Below, piece by piece: positions 24,580 through 38,386 of a stretch of 64,000 nt of DNA; position 1 is the stretch's first letter, and each line of letters begins with the position of its first letter. Below the pieces are notes generated by a model. That model saw only the letters and a program-made list of their open reading frames with translations, was not told the DNA's origin and did not search any database. Location: assembly GCA_951406725.2 (NCBI GenBank), contig OX597816.1, positions 124,434,001 through 124,498,000 on the forward strand, written 5' to 3'. Source of the DNA: Octopus vulgaris. Lineage: Eukaryota. The position numbers were made by a program, and so were the translations under genes.

Positions 24580-24785
24580 ACAATTGCTTCTAGTATAGGA
24601 ACATAGTTGGCATTTAGGGGAAGGAACCCAATTACATTGACTAATTGACTGGTACTTATTTTATCGATGAAAGCCAAAGTTTACCTCAGCGAGATTTGAA
24701 CACTGAACGCAAAGAAACGGAAGAAACAAATATTGGAAGGAATTTTTTCCGTTGTGCTAATGATTCTGACGATCCAGCGCCATCA
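24580..24785 (-). mobile_element. Decayed SINE family B copy
   Basis: ACTGGTACTTATTTTATCGA...GATTTGAACACTGAACG...TGCTAATGATTCTG. Confidence 0.6.
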
Positions 24786-25059
24786 GTAATACTATTTTCC
24801 AATATAGGCATACGACTAGTAATTTGAGAACTAGATTAGTCGATTATATCTACCCTTACACTTTGGTATTGTATCTTATAGTTTCTTGAAAGATGAAAGG
24901 AAAATTTAGCCTTCGAGACAAGTAATGATTGGCACAAGGAAACAGCTTTTGAAGAAGGGATGCAAGCAGTTAATTAGATTCTCATTATATATCTGTTACT
25001 TTCAAACTCATAGACTCACATACACACACGCACGCACCCCTCCAATACACAGAGAAAAT

Positions 25060-25205
25060 GATGAATTGGCACAGTGCTACTGTGAGAGTGCCTTGCGTTA
25101 TTCGTTCCTACTGTATGCGTCCCGAGTTCAAACCCCGCTAAGGTATACTTTATTTTCATCTTTTCCAGGTTGGCAAATCATGTACTAGTTCAGTACTGGG
25201 GCCAA
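25060..25205 (+). mobile_element. Decayed SINE family B copy
   Basis: GAATTGGCAC...CCGAGTTCAAACCCCGC...TTTCATCTTTTC...GTACTAGTTCAGTACTGGGG. Confidence 0.45.
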
Positions 25206-25404
25206 TTCTTATCTTTCATTATTTCCATCTATCTTTAACTCAGGCCCTCATTTCCTGGAAGTAATCGGCTGTAGTAATACCCGAAGAGAGATGAGCCCTG
25301 TCAAGATTGAAATTGCCTAAAACATGCAGAGTATCACGACTGTGATTCGCCTGCACTTCAGGTTTCAAAGTATTTCAATGTATATACATACATTCATACT
25401 TGTG

Positions 25405-25497
25405 CGTATGTATGTATGTATGTATGTATGTATGTATGTATGTATGTATGTATGTATGTATGTATGTATGTATGTATGTATGTATGTATGTATGTAT
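25405..25497. repeat. (TATG)n microsatellite
   Basis: Direct reading. Confidence 0.95.
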
Positions 25498-27163
25498 GCA
25501 AAGCTTGTGTGTGTATGAGTGCATGTTTGTTTATAAATCTTCCGAGCTCAGTAAAAATTGAAACTTTTTTCTATTTTTTACCTGGATTTAAAGTAATGCA
25601 TTCTCAACATATTCAGAGGTAAATCAGTATGATGAGCTAAGAGAAGAGATCTTGCAATTTGTACCGGACGGAAAGTCTAGCATAACTATTTTCTTAAGGT
25701 CTTATATAAAATTAACGAAAAGATTTGAAGCTTCAAACACCAGCTCTCAAAAACTTACTACAAACCTCATAAATAGATAACTGGTACAGTGCTTAACTTT
25801 ACTACGCACTACCTCCAGAATTTCCAAACTATTATTAAACTTATCTTCAGACAATAAATTTTCTAGTTTAATACTTCTAGTTTATTATGAAATGTAACCT
25901 ACTTAACCTTTTGAGGTCTTAAAGTTAGATATTAACATTCTTTATTAACTTTAGTTATTAAATTCATATTTTAACACTGAAAATTAGTTCCTAAATCCAT
26001 CTACTCATACTTTGTGCCATTATACCAAATACTTACTTCAATTCTTTACTTTAAACATCTGATCATAATCATTTTATTAATTTGATTATGAATGCAATCA
26101 TCAGCTTAATGCAAAACTATCTTTAGCTTTACTTTATTTCACTCAATTGTATAAACATAATTATGTTTTATCTATTTGCTTATTTCTTTTATATTTATTA
26201 ACATTCATATTACTTATATATTGTTGTTGTTATTTCATCTATTTGTTTTTTTTTAATATCTCGTTCCTGTTATTTCATCTATATGTGTTTTATAAAATAT
26301 ATTGCTGTTCTTTCATCCATATTTTTTTAAATATATCTTTTCTGTTCATCTTGATTTTTAAGGTTTCATTTAATTATCTGTTTAAATGGTTTTCTTAGTT
26401 TAGAAAAATTTTAATCCTTTATTTTTCAAATTAAGTTAAAATTTTTCTCCACACAAAACTTAACACATTTAGTTATCTACATAAACCAATACATTTCTCG
26501 ACGATAGTTTCTGCTATCTTTTTATGACACTCCGCTTCATCCATACATTCACTTTATCTTTAATCGCTTTTCAAATATTTTATATAATTAATTAAAAAAA
26601 AAACTTGTTCAGTTCTCATTATTTTCCCCTTTCTCCTAATTTTATGCTTTCTAATAGCATTCTCTCATATTTTTATTTAGCACTTTCACTGCAATATATT
26701 GCAATAAACTTTCGATCATTTTCTTTACCAAACCTCTTTCTCGTTCTCCGCTTAATTACATTAGTATTTACATTTTAATTTGATTTCCTTTCTTTTCTAT
26801 TTCTATACTTTGCGTTTCGTTTCCTCTTTTTCCTTCTCACACCAAATAAACTCTTTTACATTTATATTTCTTATTTCACCTACCATTAATCTACTTAGTT
26901 TTTCTGTCACATATGTTATACGTATTACAAAGAAATACTTTTGCTACAGTTCAATACGAAATACTTTTCTAGCAGATATTACCACTTGTTATTCATAATA
27001 CATTAAAATATCACAATCTTAACTATTGAGATATTTAAGCTCGTTGAAGGATTTGGAACCAATTAAAAACAAGAAAATACTTCAATTATATACTGGTAAC
27101 ATATACTCGCACAAACAAGATCTCTGAAAAAGAAGTGCACTCTAAAACATTAGAGCCATAACG

Positions 27164-27239
<76 letters not shown>

Positions 27240-28233
27240 TGTGTATGTGTGTGTGTGCGTGTGCGTGTGTGTTTGTGTGTGTATATATAATATGAATATA
27301 TATATATATATTAATTTATCTACATATATATTATTTTCACGGTGTCAATTATTCAAACAATATTCAGTCTGTTTGAATAATGGCGCAAAACTCATATTCA
27401 GAATATATAGAATGTAAGAAAATGCACTAAGTGGATTTTCTTAGTTTCTAAACAACATATTCCATATATGTCACGATTCCATATATATATATATGCACTT
27501 ATATATTATGTGTGTGCATTTTTGTGTCTAGATATAGATGCCCGAAACTAGCCACTGTGCTACGAATTACAACGAATTCCACAGTGTTCCGATATTTGGA
27601 ATGTAGTGTAGGCTGGAACCAGAAAGGTTAACCTATACATAATCTATTATGGTATATTACGCAAAAGGACTTTCATAGAAAAAGTGCGCACAAAATTTCA
27701 AAAGCCTTGTGAAAGCTGTTCGGGGAAAATATAGCCAATTTTTGAATTTGACTGTAAGTATTGGTCGGATATTGGAAATTGCCGTTATCTTCTTGTGTTT
27801 TGCATGGCTGTGTGAACACATGTTTGTATGTTTAATATAAAGCAGGAACATTCTAAAGATCACCCAATCTTGTATGTTTCCCCAGGTATGCTAAACACTA
27901 GAAGATAACACAATCTCTCTATCCAATCAGTTCTGCGTCAAATTCAAATATTCAATGAATGCTAGAATCAGTGGTGATTTTTTAGTGCCTTTTTTTCTTC
28001 AACTGTATTTTTCGTGTAAATTTATTCAATAGATGTATATTTATTGCCTTTTCTTACGCCATCTTCCACTTCTGTGGAAAGAGTGGAATCATGAAAGGAA
28101 AGCCAGAGTATTGTGTGTTGAAATTTCTAACTACAAAAAATATCATAACGCTCTTTATCTCGCATTAGTAATCTATTTTTACCTTTTTGTTGCCCAAGAA
28201 TGTTCTCCTAAACATATACATGCACACGCACAA

Positions 28234-28288
<55 letters not shown>

Positions 28289-28291
28289 GAG

Positions 28292-28326
<35 letters not shown>

Positions 28327-28450
28327 AAGATAGATGCACAAACGCACACACGCACATATATATCAGTATTTCTGTCTTCCTATCTATCAATCTACCTATC
28401 TCTCTTTACACACACACACACACACTCTCTCTCTCTCTCTCTCTCTCTTT

Positions 28451-28496
<46 letters not shown>

Positions 28497-28779
28497 CTGT
28501 ATCCTTATATATATATATATATATATAAGGATACAATCAATTCCAGTAATATTATTATAGTGAGGTTGCTGATAACGACACGCACGTATATCCAAACGGT
28601 TTCAACCATATGACATATAGAAAAGGCAGCCAACATAAACGCAATGGAATAAAATGAAAATAGAAAACACGTAACCTAAACACGCACATGCTCACACACA
28701 CGCACGCACAAACACACACTCTCTCTCACACACACATGTGACGCACAAAAAACATTGACTCAACAATATTAAGGTGGTC

Positions 28780-29300
28780 TGATAAATTTAATACACATGG
28801 TACTGATTCTAATAGTAAAAGAGAAATAATATAATAATTTTCTCCATTGTCATATCAATAAACAATAAACAGGGTGCAATAAATATTAAACGAATTACAT
28901 CTATATTTGGTCTTTATACTTAGTTACTTCATTCATGCCTGGGGATATTTTCATCTATTGGGATTTAAATATCAATATATAAAGTACCTTTGTCTTTATG
29001 GTCCTTGATAATAATGTTAATGTGGTTTGTATTTATGTCTCTCTCACTATGTAAATAGGTGTCCTATATTCGTATAGTTTATTTTCCGGTATTGTTTAAA
29101 ATGTGCTTGTGTTATTAGATTTGTGTGTGAAGTCTATATTACTGAAAGAACTTCTTTTGTAAAGAATTTCATGTATGTTTTGGTGTGCTTGTTGATATAT
29201 TCATTCTTTTCTATGACAACTTATAATGATGTCGTCAAGTGTCTTCTAGTCTCTCTGACTTTGTAGTTAGTTAGATATTAAAGGAGTTCTTCGTAAACAA
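28780..29300 (-). mobile_element. Decayed Penelope-like element, GIY-YIG endonuclease region
   Basis: Reverse complement reads YKVRETRRHLTT (cf. YIGETxRxLxxR) and later QAHFKQYRKINYTNIG (cf. EAxxIxxxxxxLNxxxG). Confidence 0.45.
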
Positions 29301-30036
29301 AAATTACACTAGTTGTGTGCCCTCTTATCAAAGAACCTTATCAAAGGACCTTTATGTGTGCGTGAGAGAGGATATATATATATATATGTGTGTGTGTGTG
29401 TATGTGCGTGTGTGTGTTTGTGTGTGTGTGTGTGTGTGCGTGTGTGTGTTTATGTATGTATATGTATGTATGCAAGTATATATGTATTTATATATACCTA
29501 TTCATATATATATGCCACGAAACCTCCCAGAACTGGAAACCAATATATAAGCATTACCTAAGCGAAATAAGATTACCTATGGAGAAAAACTATCACGGTC
29601 AAAGTAAGTAATCTCTACAAACCATAAACCCACAAACAGTTTCCCCTTTACAAGAATGGAGAACCATTCAAAATAGCAAGGCTAAAACGAAAACAAAATT
29701 CACAAATAAGCATTTCAAATAGGTATTGCTATCATCAGCTACCAAACGGATATTACTACTATCGGTTCGACAACTGAGCAGTACTATGCAATCCTGAGGT
29801 GTCAACAGCATCAAACAAAAAAGATAAGCGCTGCTTGGGAATCAATAGTAAAAAGCAGGATCGAAACATTAGCGTAGTACGTTCGTTACTACATGATGAG
29901 TGACATACGAAGGTGAAGTGGTTTTTAACGCTCTCTTCACATACTACACGAGTTACATTCATTCTCTGAGCCTACGACTTTAATGGTGTATAGATTTGAG
30001 TCAAACTGTGATTATGTTATTAAAAATATATTTATA

Positions 30037-30109
<73 letters not shown>

Positions 30110-30110
30110 C

Positions 30111-30143
<33 letters not shown>

Positions 30144-30794
30144 ATATATATATATATATATATATCAGATCAACTTTGATTGGAAATTCGTAAATCCTTT
30201 AATACATTGCTACGCACGTTACCACAAAATACCTGTCTTCGTTTCCTCAGGCAAAGGTCGCAATAGGGCACTCAAAAACGTTTTCACTTAAATGGATACA
30301 AAGGATATATGCATATATATGTATGCGTGTATGTATGCATGTATGAATGCGTGTGCGTGTATGTATACATCTACTAGTGTCGTCGTATCCCAGATATTTA
30401 TACATGAATGGTATGGTTATTTTTCTCATTCAAGATTTAACTAAATAGTGAAAAGTTAATTCGATCCTATCGGATTAGTTGTGAGAGAATCTGTATTAGT
30501 TTTCTTATCAACAACATAGCTGTTAAAAATACTTCAGATCAACGTTGTGCTTACTAAATAGAAATATGGAAAGATCTTACATACACAATACAGTCAGTTG
30601 GAAATCCATTTAATACAAAGATAAAACAAGCAGTTTTAGAAGAAAACTGTTGGCATGTAGTGCTTAAAATTTAACAATAAGTGGCAATGACTCAAGAAAG
30701 TTAACTGAACTACAAATAAGGAAACTTGGGGGAAAATAAACTCTCTAACATCATCTAAACAATGAACATGATTAAGTTTCTCTCTCTCCCCTTC

Positions 30795-30830
<36 letters not shown>

Positions 30831-30831
<1 letters not shown>

Positions 30832-30985
30832 ACATACATACATACATACGTACATACATACATACATACATACATACATACATACATACATACATACATA
30901 CATACATACATACATACATACATACATACATACATACATACATACATACATACATACATACATACATACATACATGCGTACATAC
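30831..30985. repeat. (TACA)n microsatellite hosting the CR1 insertion
   Basis: Direct reading; ATACATAC resumes right after the LINE tail at about 34428. Confidence 0.93.
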
Positions 30986-30989
30986 AAGC

Positions 30990-33900
30990 ATAAATTATCC
31001 GATGAAGAATCGAATGCCGCAGTTCACAATAGAGAAGAGAAAGACCATTTTACCCACTCAAGATCAATCATTTATGGTAAAGCTGAATCCACCTGTGATA
31101 CAGGCATAAACCGCTTAAAAGATGACATAAATTTCGTTTCCGTTTTAGTTGGAGAACTGTTCTCTGTCAACTAAAATGTCAGTATCCATAAGGTCGCTCG
31201 GCTAGGAAGATTCCAAGTGAACTCAACCTCAGACACTAGACCACGCCCAATAAGAGTAATCTTTTCTTCCGATCAGGAGGCTTCAATCTTTCTGAACAGA
31301 GCACAGAAGCATGCCTGGGAGGACCCCAATATGGGTTTTCGCGAGGAATACTCACTGAGAGAGAGAATTCGCCGGAGAAACCTAATATCCGAACTGAAGA
31401 TGAGAAAACAGATGGGAGAGAAGGGTTTACGCATCCAAGAGGGACAAATAATCAAGTCCTACCTCTGGTCGCATGCTGTAGTGCTGACAGGGAAAGTGGA
31501 TCGAGGGCGAATCGAAGTAAAGTAGATACCAATTACAACGATGTTATCTCTGATACCCCTCATTCTGCTTGTTCCCTAATTCCCACCCCTCAAACTTCAC
31601 AGTTCAGCATCGTCTATACAAACTCGTGTTCCTTATTTCCAAAGTTCAGCGAATTATTTACACTGGCCATGCGTGATTCCCCAGATGTGATAGCTATCAC
31701 CGAGACTTGGCTGACTCCAACAGTAAAGGACTCGGAAATCCACCTACTGGGCTACTCCCTCTTCAGATGTGACAGAGAAAAAAGGCGAGGTGGAGGTGTT
31801 GCTGTGTATGTTAAATCTGATCTCAAACCGTCCAGCGGTATTCTACCCACTAATGCTCAACCTACAACAAAATTCGATGCCGTCTATTGCAAGCTGAGCC
31901 TCTCCGGGTTTTGCCTGCCTGTGTTAGCTGTCTACAGGCCGCCTCTACAGGACGATGCTCATTTACTCGAAGCGATAAGATTCGTTTCAGTTTCTCTTGA
32001 CTGTTTGATATTAGGAGACTTCAACGCTCCCACGATCGACTGACCCGCATCAATTTGTACATCATCTTCCCGGTTCGGCCAGGCCCTTCTTGACGTGGCT
32101 GAATATTGTTTTCTATCGCAACATGTTGAATATCCGACAAGGCATTGGTCTGGGAAGCAGCCATCTATGCTGGATCTGGTATTCTCCCGCTATCCAAGAT
32201 CAGTGTCAGGCTTATCTGTGTGCGCCCCTCTTGCCAAGACTGATCACGCGGTCCTGAAGTTCGTCATGCACACAACTTTTCCTACGCCCACGACTACTTC
32301 GCTGCCACGTAGAGTCTTCTCTGCAATCAATCTTGAAATTCTAACCGAGGCTTCCGCGCTTCTGGACTGGCGATCCCTGATGACGATGTCCTCAGTTGAC
32401 GAACTATGGTCGTCCCTCAAAGCATATGTAATCTGGTTGATTGACCAAGCAGTTCCCGTTGGGCTTCCCAAGAAGAAGAAACACAAGCCCTGGGTGACGA
32501 AGAAGGTTAAACGAGAACTTCGACTCAGAGATATTGCTTGGGCTGAATTCAAAAATCTAGATTCGACTGCAGCTTTTGAAGTGTACAAAACACAACGAGA
32601 CCGAGCCGTGAAAATTAAAAAGGAAGAACGCTTCAGATATGAATACAGTCGCAATCCAAAAACCTTCTTTGCCCATGTCCAACGGAATTCCCGCTTGAAC
32701 AACCGAATTGCAACGTTGGTAGACTGAACAGGCGTATCGATTGAGGACCCTTATCAACAGAGGCAATATTTGCCGAGGCTTTTTCAACTATTTTCAAACA
32801 AGATGATGGTTGTGAACCCCCTCCATTTGATAGATCGGTACCTCCAATGCTTAGATTGGTCATCACGCGGGACGAAGTCGAACGCGTTATTCAAGGCCTC
32901 GATGTCAACAAGGGTCACGGCCCTGACGGCATACACCCACAAGTTATCAAAGCGTTGGCTCCGGTCATCAGCGAGCCTTTAACACTTCTATTCAAATATG
33001 TCATTGGCGACGGGTGTTATACCTGCGGACTGGAGAAAAGCGATAATCTGCCCAATTTTCAAGAAAGGGAGCCACGAAGACCCGCTTAACTACCGACCGG
33101 TTTCCCTTACTTCAATAATCAGCAAGATGTTCGAAACCATCCTTAAGAAAAGTATGTTGCTCCACCTCCAAAACACAGCCTCTATCTCTGATTCCCAACA
33201 CGGCTTCGTGCCGAAGAGATCATGCTTGACCAACTTATTGGTAATGGAAGAATTGGTGATGCTGTTGACATCGTTTTATTGGACTTTGCCAAGGCCTTTG
33301 ACTCGGTAAACCACCGCCTATTACTTATCAAGCTTCAAGCATATAGTTTCCATCCGGATATTGTACGATGGGTTGGTGCCTTCCTCTCAGATCGCTCCTT
33401 CCAAGTCCAAGTTAATGGTTCGCTGTCCGACGTCTCCAGTGCGAGCAGTGACGTGCCTCAAGGTTCAGTGCTTGGGCCCTTATTGTTCTTAGTCTTCATA
33501 AATGACTTGCCCGACGACCTCACGCAACACACCCTCCTATTTGCCGATGATGTCAAACTGGTCGCTCCTCGCGGTAATATAGAGGATCTTCGTCGATGTC
33601 TCCACCAAGTTTGGAGATGGTCTAACGAATAGGACCTGTGTCTGAACGTGTCAAAGTGCTGTCATCTGCCTGTTGGCTCTTCTCCTGCAACTCAACTTGA
33701 TTTCGAGCCGGGTCGTCTGCTGTTGGAGAGGACCGACCAGGTAAAGGACCTGGGTATCTTGGTGGATTCTTCCTTTTCACCTTCAGCTCAGTGTGTCCAT
33801 GCTGCCAACAAAGCACGCGGAGTTCTGTTTTTGATTCGACGGTCATTCGGAATGCTCACAGCAGCCATATTCCTACCGCTCTATGTCACGCTGGTGAGAC

Positions 33901-34428
33901 CCATATTGGAGTACGGGATTCAAGCCTCTTCTCCTTTCTCCACAAAGACATACAGCATCTCAAAAGAGTCCGGAAGCTGGCTACCCGCATGGTTCATGGT
34001 CTCAAGCATTTGTCTTATGAAGAAAGGCTGAAGACGCTCGACCTTTATTCTCTAGAAAAACGACGACGCCGTGATGATCTCATTCTTGCTCACAACATCA
34101 TAAGCGGAAAGTGTAACCTCTCGAAAGAGCTGTTCTTCACTCCTGCTCCAGTGCGTCGGCTGCGAGGTCACTCCGAAAAGCTCTATCTGCGACGATTTCA
34201 TCTCAATCGAAGGGTCTTTCTCCGTCCGGGTTGCGGACCCGTGGAATAAGCTGTCGGACGAGATAATGAAGATACCGACGACCGCTCGGTTCAAAGTCTC
34301 CCTTGACCACAACTGGCCTGAACTCTTTGCATGAACACCACCCTGTACATAACTCCATGTCCCCCTACATGGCCTTGCTTTTTGCTTTTTGAGCCCCAAA
34401 ATTAACTTAACTAACTTAACTTAACTTA
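30990..34428 (+). mobile_element. Near-complete CR1-group non-LTR retrotransposon (ORF1 C-terminal part, ORF2, 3' UTR, (AACTT)n tail)
   Basis: ORF1-like RPRPIRVIF...SLRERIRRRNLISELK at 31217-31525; ORF2 motifs; tail AATTAACTTAACTAACTTAACTTAACTT. Confidence 0.93.
31600..34335 (+). pseudogene. CR1 ORF2 pseudogene (APE endonuclease and reverse transcriptase)
   Basis: AITETWL, RGGGVAVY, VYRPP, GDFNAP, TDH; GPDGIHP, NYRPVSLTS, QHGF, DFAKAFDSV, VPQGSVLGPLLF, FADD, KDLGI, LYSLEKRR; split by several stops and frameshifts. Confidence 0.93.
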
Positions 34429-34908
34429 TACATACGTGCCTGCCAGCCAAACTACATTACTGGTTTAAGTAACTGACCACTATCTCCGTACTACGTCTAC
34501 GGTAAATAGCAGGTACAATCGCAACGATAATTGTAGTATTAGTGGTAGTTAGGATTATATGCTGGTGAAATATGCCCTTACTGAACTTTTCCGAGAAAAA
34601 ATAACTTCGGCTTTGAAGTACTCCCTCGAGGAGAGAGTATTCTCTATCAAAGTAAACTACTAGATATGGTATTAAAAGCTGTTAACGAAATTAGTGATGA
34701 GTATTTACAGCAGTGTGACGAACCCACATTCTGGCAGATTAACGCCTATCTATATGCTCTGGCTACTACTGCAACACTGGATTAAGTGTGTGACTTCCGA
34801 AGGGGACTACTTTGAAAGAAATTATATGCCAAATTGGTAGGGTGTTGTAGTTTTGTGTTTAGAGCACCAGTCCGGATACTTATTAAATCAGACTTCGTAT
34901 ATATACAC

Positions 34909-35070
34909 ACGACGAGCTTCTTTCAGTTTCCCTCTACGAAATCCACTCACATGATTTTCGTCGGTCCGAGGTTATTGTAGAACACATCTGCCCAAGGTGA
35001 CACGCAGTGAACCTGAAACCAGATCCATGAGGTTGGGAAGTAATATTCTTACCACACAACCACACCTGCG
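34909..35070 (-). mobile_element. SINE family A head fragment
   Basis: Colinear with 1001-1150. Confidence 0.7.
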
Positions 35071-35419
35071 CATATTCGTTTATATGATTCCAAGTTTTGC
35101 TTGATGCATGTAAAAATGAACGAGTCTACGAATGTATAAGTGTATGAATGTTTATATACAGACACAAATACGTAACATGGATGGGGAAATTTTATATTTC
35201 TTCATTTTATCCTGCTTTGTAAATATTGTCATTGCTTCATTACATGGTTATTTTTTTTAGTACATTCCTATCAATTCTCGGGTTTTTCAAACTTAGAAGT
35301 GTTCGTGCTGTCACTTTGCATCTGATATTTATATAATTAAATGTATTTTTTAGTGACAAAACTATAAACATACAGCCATAGACAAACACCCACAAACATA
35401 TTCACTTATACATGTATGT

Positions 35420-35709
35420 TTTATATCTTTTATCTTTACCGTTATCTTTTACTTGTTCCAGTCATTATACTGCGGCCATGCTGGGGTACCAACCTGAAGA
35501 ATTTTAGTCGAACGAATCGACCCCAGTACTTACTTACTTTCTTTTAAAGCCTAGTACTTATTGTATCGGTTCCTTTTGTCGAACTGCTAAGTTCCGGGAA
35601 CGTAAACACACCAACACTGGTTGTTAAGCGGTGGTGGGAGGCAAATACTGGTACAAAGACACGCGCACAGCACATACACAGATGCACACACACTGACACA
35701 CAGAAGCAA

Positions 35710-35742
<33 letters not shown>

Positions 35743-35749
35743 CACACAC

Positions 35750-35785
<36 letters not shown>

Positions 35786-35851
35786 GACACGCTTCTTTTA
35801 GTTTCTGTCTAACAATTCCACTCACAAGACTTTGGTCGGTCCGAGTCAATA

Positions 35852-35852
<1 letters not shown>
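35420..35852 (-). mobile_element. SINE family A, 5'-truncated, with internal (CA)n/(TA)n
   Basis: CTGCGGCCATGCTGG...TTTAGTCGAA...AAGCCTAGTACTTATT...GTAAACACACCA, colinear with 486-720. Confidence 0.78.
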
Positions 35853-35905
<53 letters not shown>

Positions 35906-36729
35906 TGCGTGCGTGTGTGTATGTCTGTGTGTGTATATGCAAGGCCTGAGATTCACCTGACATCCCTCGTGGCCCGTAGTCAAAACACATCCTCAACAGC
36001 AAAGATTGTCTTTGTCTTCAAAGCCAAACAATAACTAATATATTTCTATAAATTCTAGTAAGAATCACAGTTAAATACTGTTCTTTCATTGAAATGATGT
36101 TATTACTTGCCGCATAGAATTTCTATAGCTCAGCTGAAGAAAACCTAGCCAACTGAATGACATATAGCTGCTCACAAACTCAACTTAGCCTCTGGCCCAC
36201 TGATTCGACTTACTCACTTTTTGTCGTTTCTGAACGTTCGACAACGATCAATGATCCTCGGATATAGCTTGTCTCATGCCGCCTACATTGAAATGTTTTC
36301 GACCTCTAATGATTTCTGTTCTCATCACACATATTGGCCCATCCCCAGATCGCACACAAACTACTGCACCTAGTTCTTTCTTTCCAGAACATCAGCTCTC
36401 CGAAATTTTCACCTTGCTCATGTTTTTTTTAAATATTTCTGAAGTTGCGACTTGCAACAGTTTAAGCAGGATAATTTACAGCATTAACTTCACCACTCTC
36501 AGAAGCATATAAAAGGTATTGATAGGGACTCTTCCTCTAGACCAAAGTAATAAAAAATGTAAAAGAAAACGTCCATAACTGAAACATGCTGAACAGTAGC
36601 AGACAGGAAGTGTGTATGGTTACTGTTAAAGCAGTAAAAAGCAAACAAGTACTAAAAGAAATAAGAGATAGAGAAATACGTCGAAGTGTTTGCATGTATG
36701 TAATGAGTGAAAGTGATTGCTTGGACATA

Positions 36730-37050
36730 AGTTTATGTGTTATGTAAATAGGAGGGGAACAATTGTATAAGTGGTTTTTGTGTGAAAATTAAGTTTAATA
36801 ACGTATACATCGGGTGAATAAGAATTTATAGTGTGGAAATTTGGAGAGAAGGATGTATGTGAGATGGTGTAATGTGCATGTATGAGGCATTTATCTGAGT
36901 GTGTTTCAGGTATTGATACTAAACGAAGTAGCTGTATCCAGGTAGTGGAGTAACTGAGTCGTTTCCGAAAATTCCAGGAAACGGAAATACTATGATTCTG
37001 TGCAAACCACAAACGATGAATCACAGGTAGAAACGGAACCAGAAATTGAA
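36730..37050 (-). mobile_element. Decayed LINE-like 3' end
   Basis: Reverse complement NHSISVSWN resembles the terminal SFxxxxxWN motif and is followed by a pyrimidine-rich UTR-like tract. Confidence 0.3.
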
Positions 37051-37330
37051 GTGACTGAGACAGCCCAAAATAAAACGGTGCTTTTCCGTTGGGCGGTCAA
37101 AAAATGTTAAAATGTTCCCTACACTGATCAATCACTTTTCGATCGGTTTTCTCTTTAGAGAATGAACCACAGAGTTGGTATTTGATATAATATGTAACAA
37201 TTTTGGATAATAAGGTGGAAAGGAAATGCACACTAAATGATTACCGAGTTTGTGATCACGTTTATCGGAAAAAAGTGAATGGCATGCGCTAGGTATAGAA
37301 TTCATTTATTTGCACACGTATATACACATG

Positions 37331-37334
<4 letters not shown>

Positions 37335-37366
<32 letters not shown>

Positions 37367-37470
37367 TGTATGTATGTATGTATGTATGTATGTATGTATG
37401 TGTGTATGTATGTATGTATGTATGTATGTATATATATATGTTTATATGTATGTATGTTTGTATGTGTGTG
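37335..37470. repeat. (TATG)n microsatellite
   Basis: Direct reading. Confidence 0.93.
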
Positions 37471-38386
37471 TGTAAGTATGTATAATAAGATAAACTTGGT
37501 TTCATTGAAATATTTCGCGATTATTCAATAGTAGTTTAAGTATGTTGGCAATTCAGCTATCTTGTTAGACAAGAATACAAACAAGATTTCGTGTGACTGT
37601 CGATGTTACAAACAAAAGTGCTAGTTAAATAAGTAAAAGGAAGAAAAAAATAGGAACTGTAAGGTCAATGGCATCTCTTATATAAGTTGACCGATTCTCA
37701 CCGGTGGCATTTCTAACAGAATTATAAAATATATAAATGTATAATTATACAGTTGATAATTGTTCGTATGGTATAACAGGAAAAGATACTGCCCATATTA
37801 TATCTACTCCAAATAAATGTCCCTATTTCTAAATATGGGTGCACAAAGGCAATAAATGTACCTTCTTCCATCTTAAACTGTGCCAGAATTCTCCGCCTCT
37901 TAGGATATGTCTCAACCTGGAATGCAGCTACCTTTATCTGAAAAGCATAAAACAAGTGAAAAATACATAGCAATACGGAGTTGAAACAAAATCAAAATAC
38001 AGCCACATTTCACCTCTCAACATAGAGCAAGGAAGAATCCCATCCATCAGAAGGAAGTATGGGAAAACCATAACTTCAAATAAAGTAAACGAGCACAACA
38101 TATCAACATATCAAATGAATAATAAAAAAGAAATGCTTTTTTATTGACTTATCTGTAGAATATGAAAGCTGACCTAAACCTGAATGTTCAACGGACTGTC
38201 ACTAGCCGTATATCGAAAACTCTAGAAACACTTCCCCTTACCACCTCTATAATATCACTCCTCACATACAACCCCGTACAAAAACTATCCCCAATGTTGT
38301 CAGTGAACGACAAGACGCATAAATCAAGGCATGTAGAACTATATAAGCAACAACCAATCTCCGCTTCGATATTTCTGCTAAATGTA

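Noticed and set aside
29885-29925. ATGATGAG...CGAAG hammerhead-like string after a possible PLE fragment
   Set aside because: Both core boxes are mutated and the stems are weak.
32244-32702. 152-aa minus-strand ORF and similar ORFs (1933-2256, 59241-59734)
   Set aside because: Antisense shadows of TE coding sequence.
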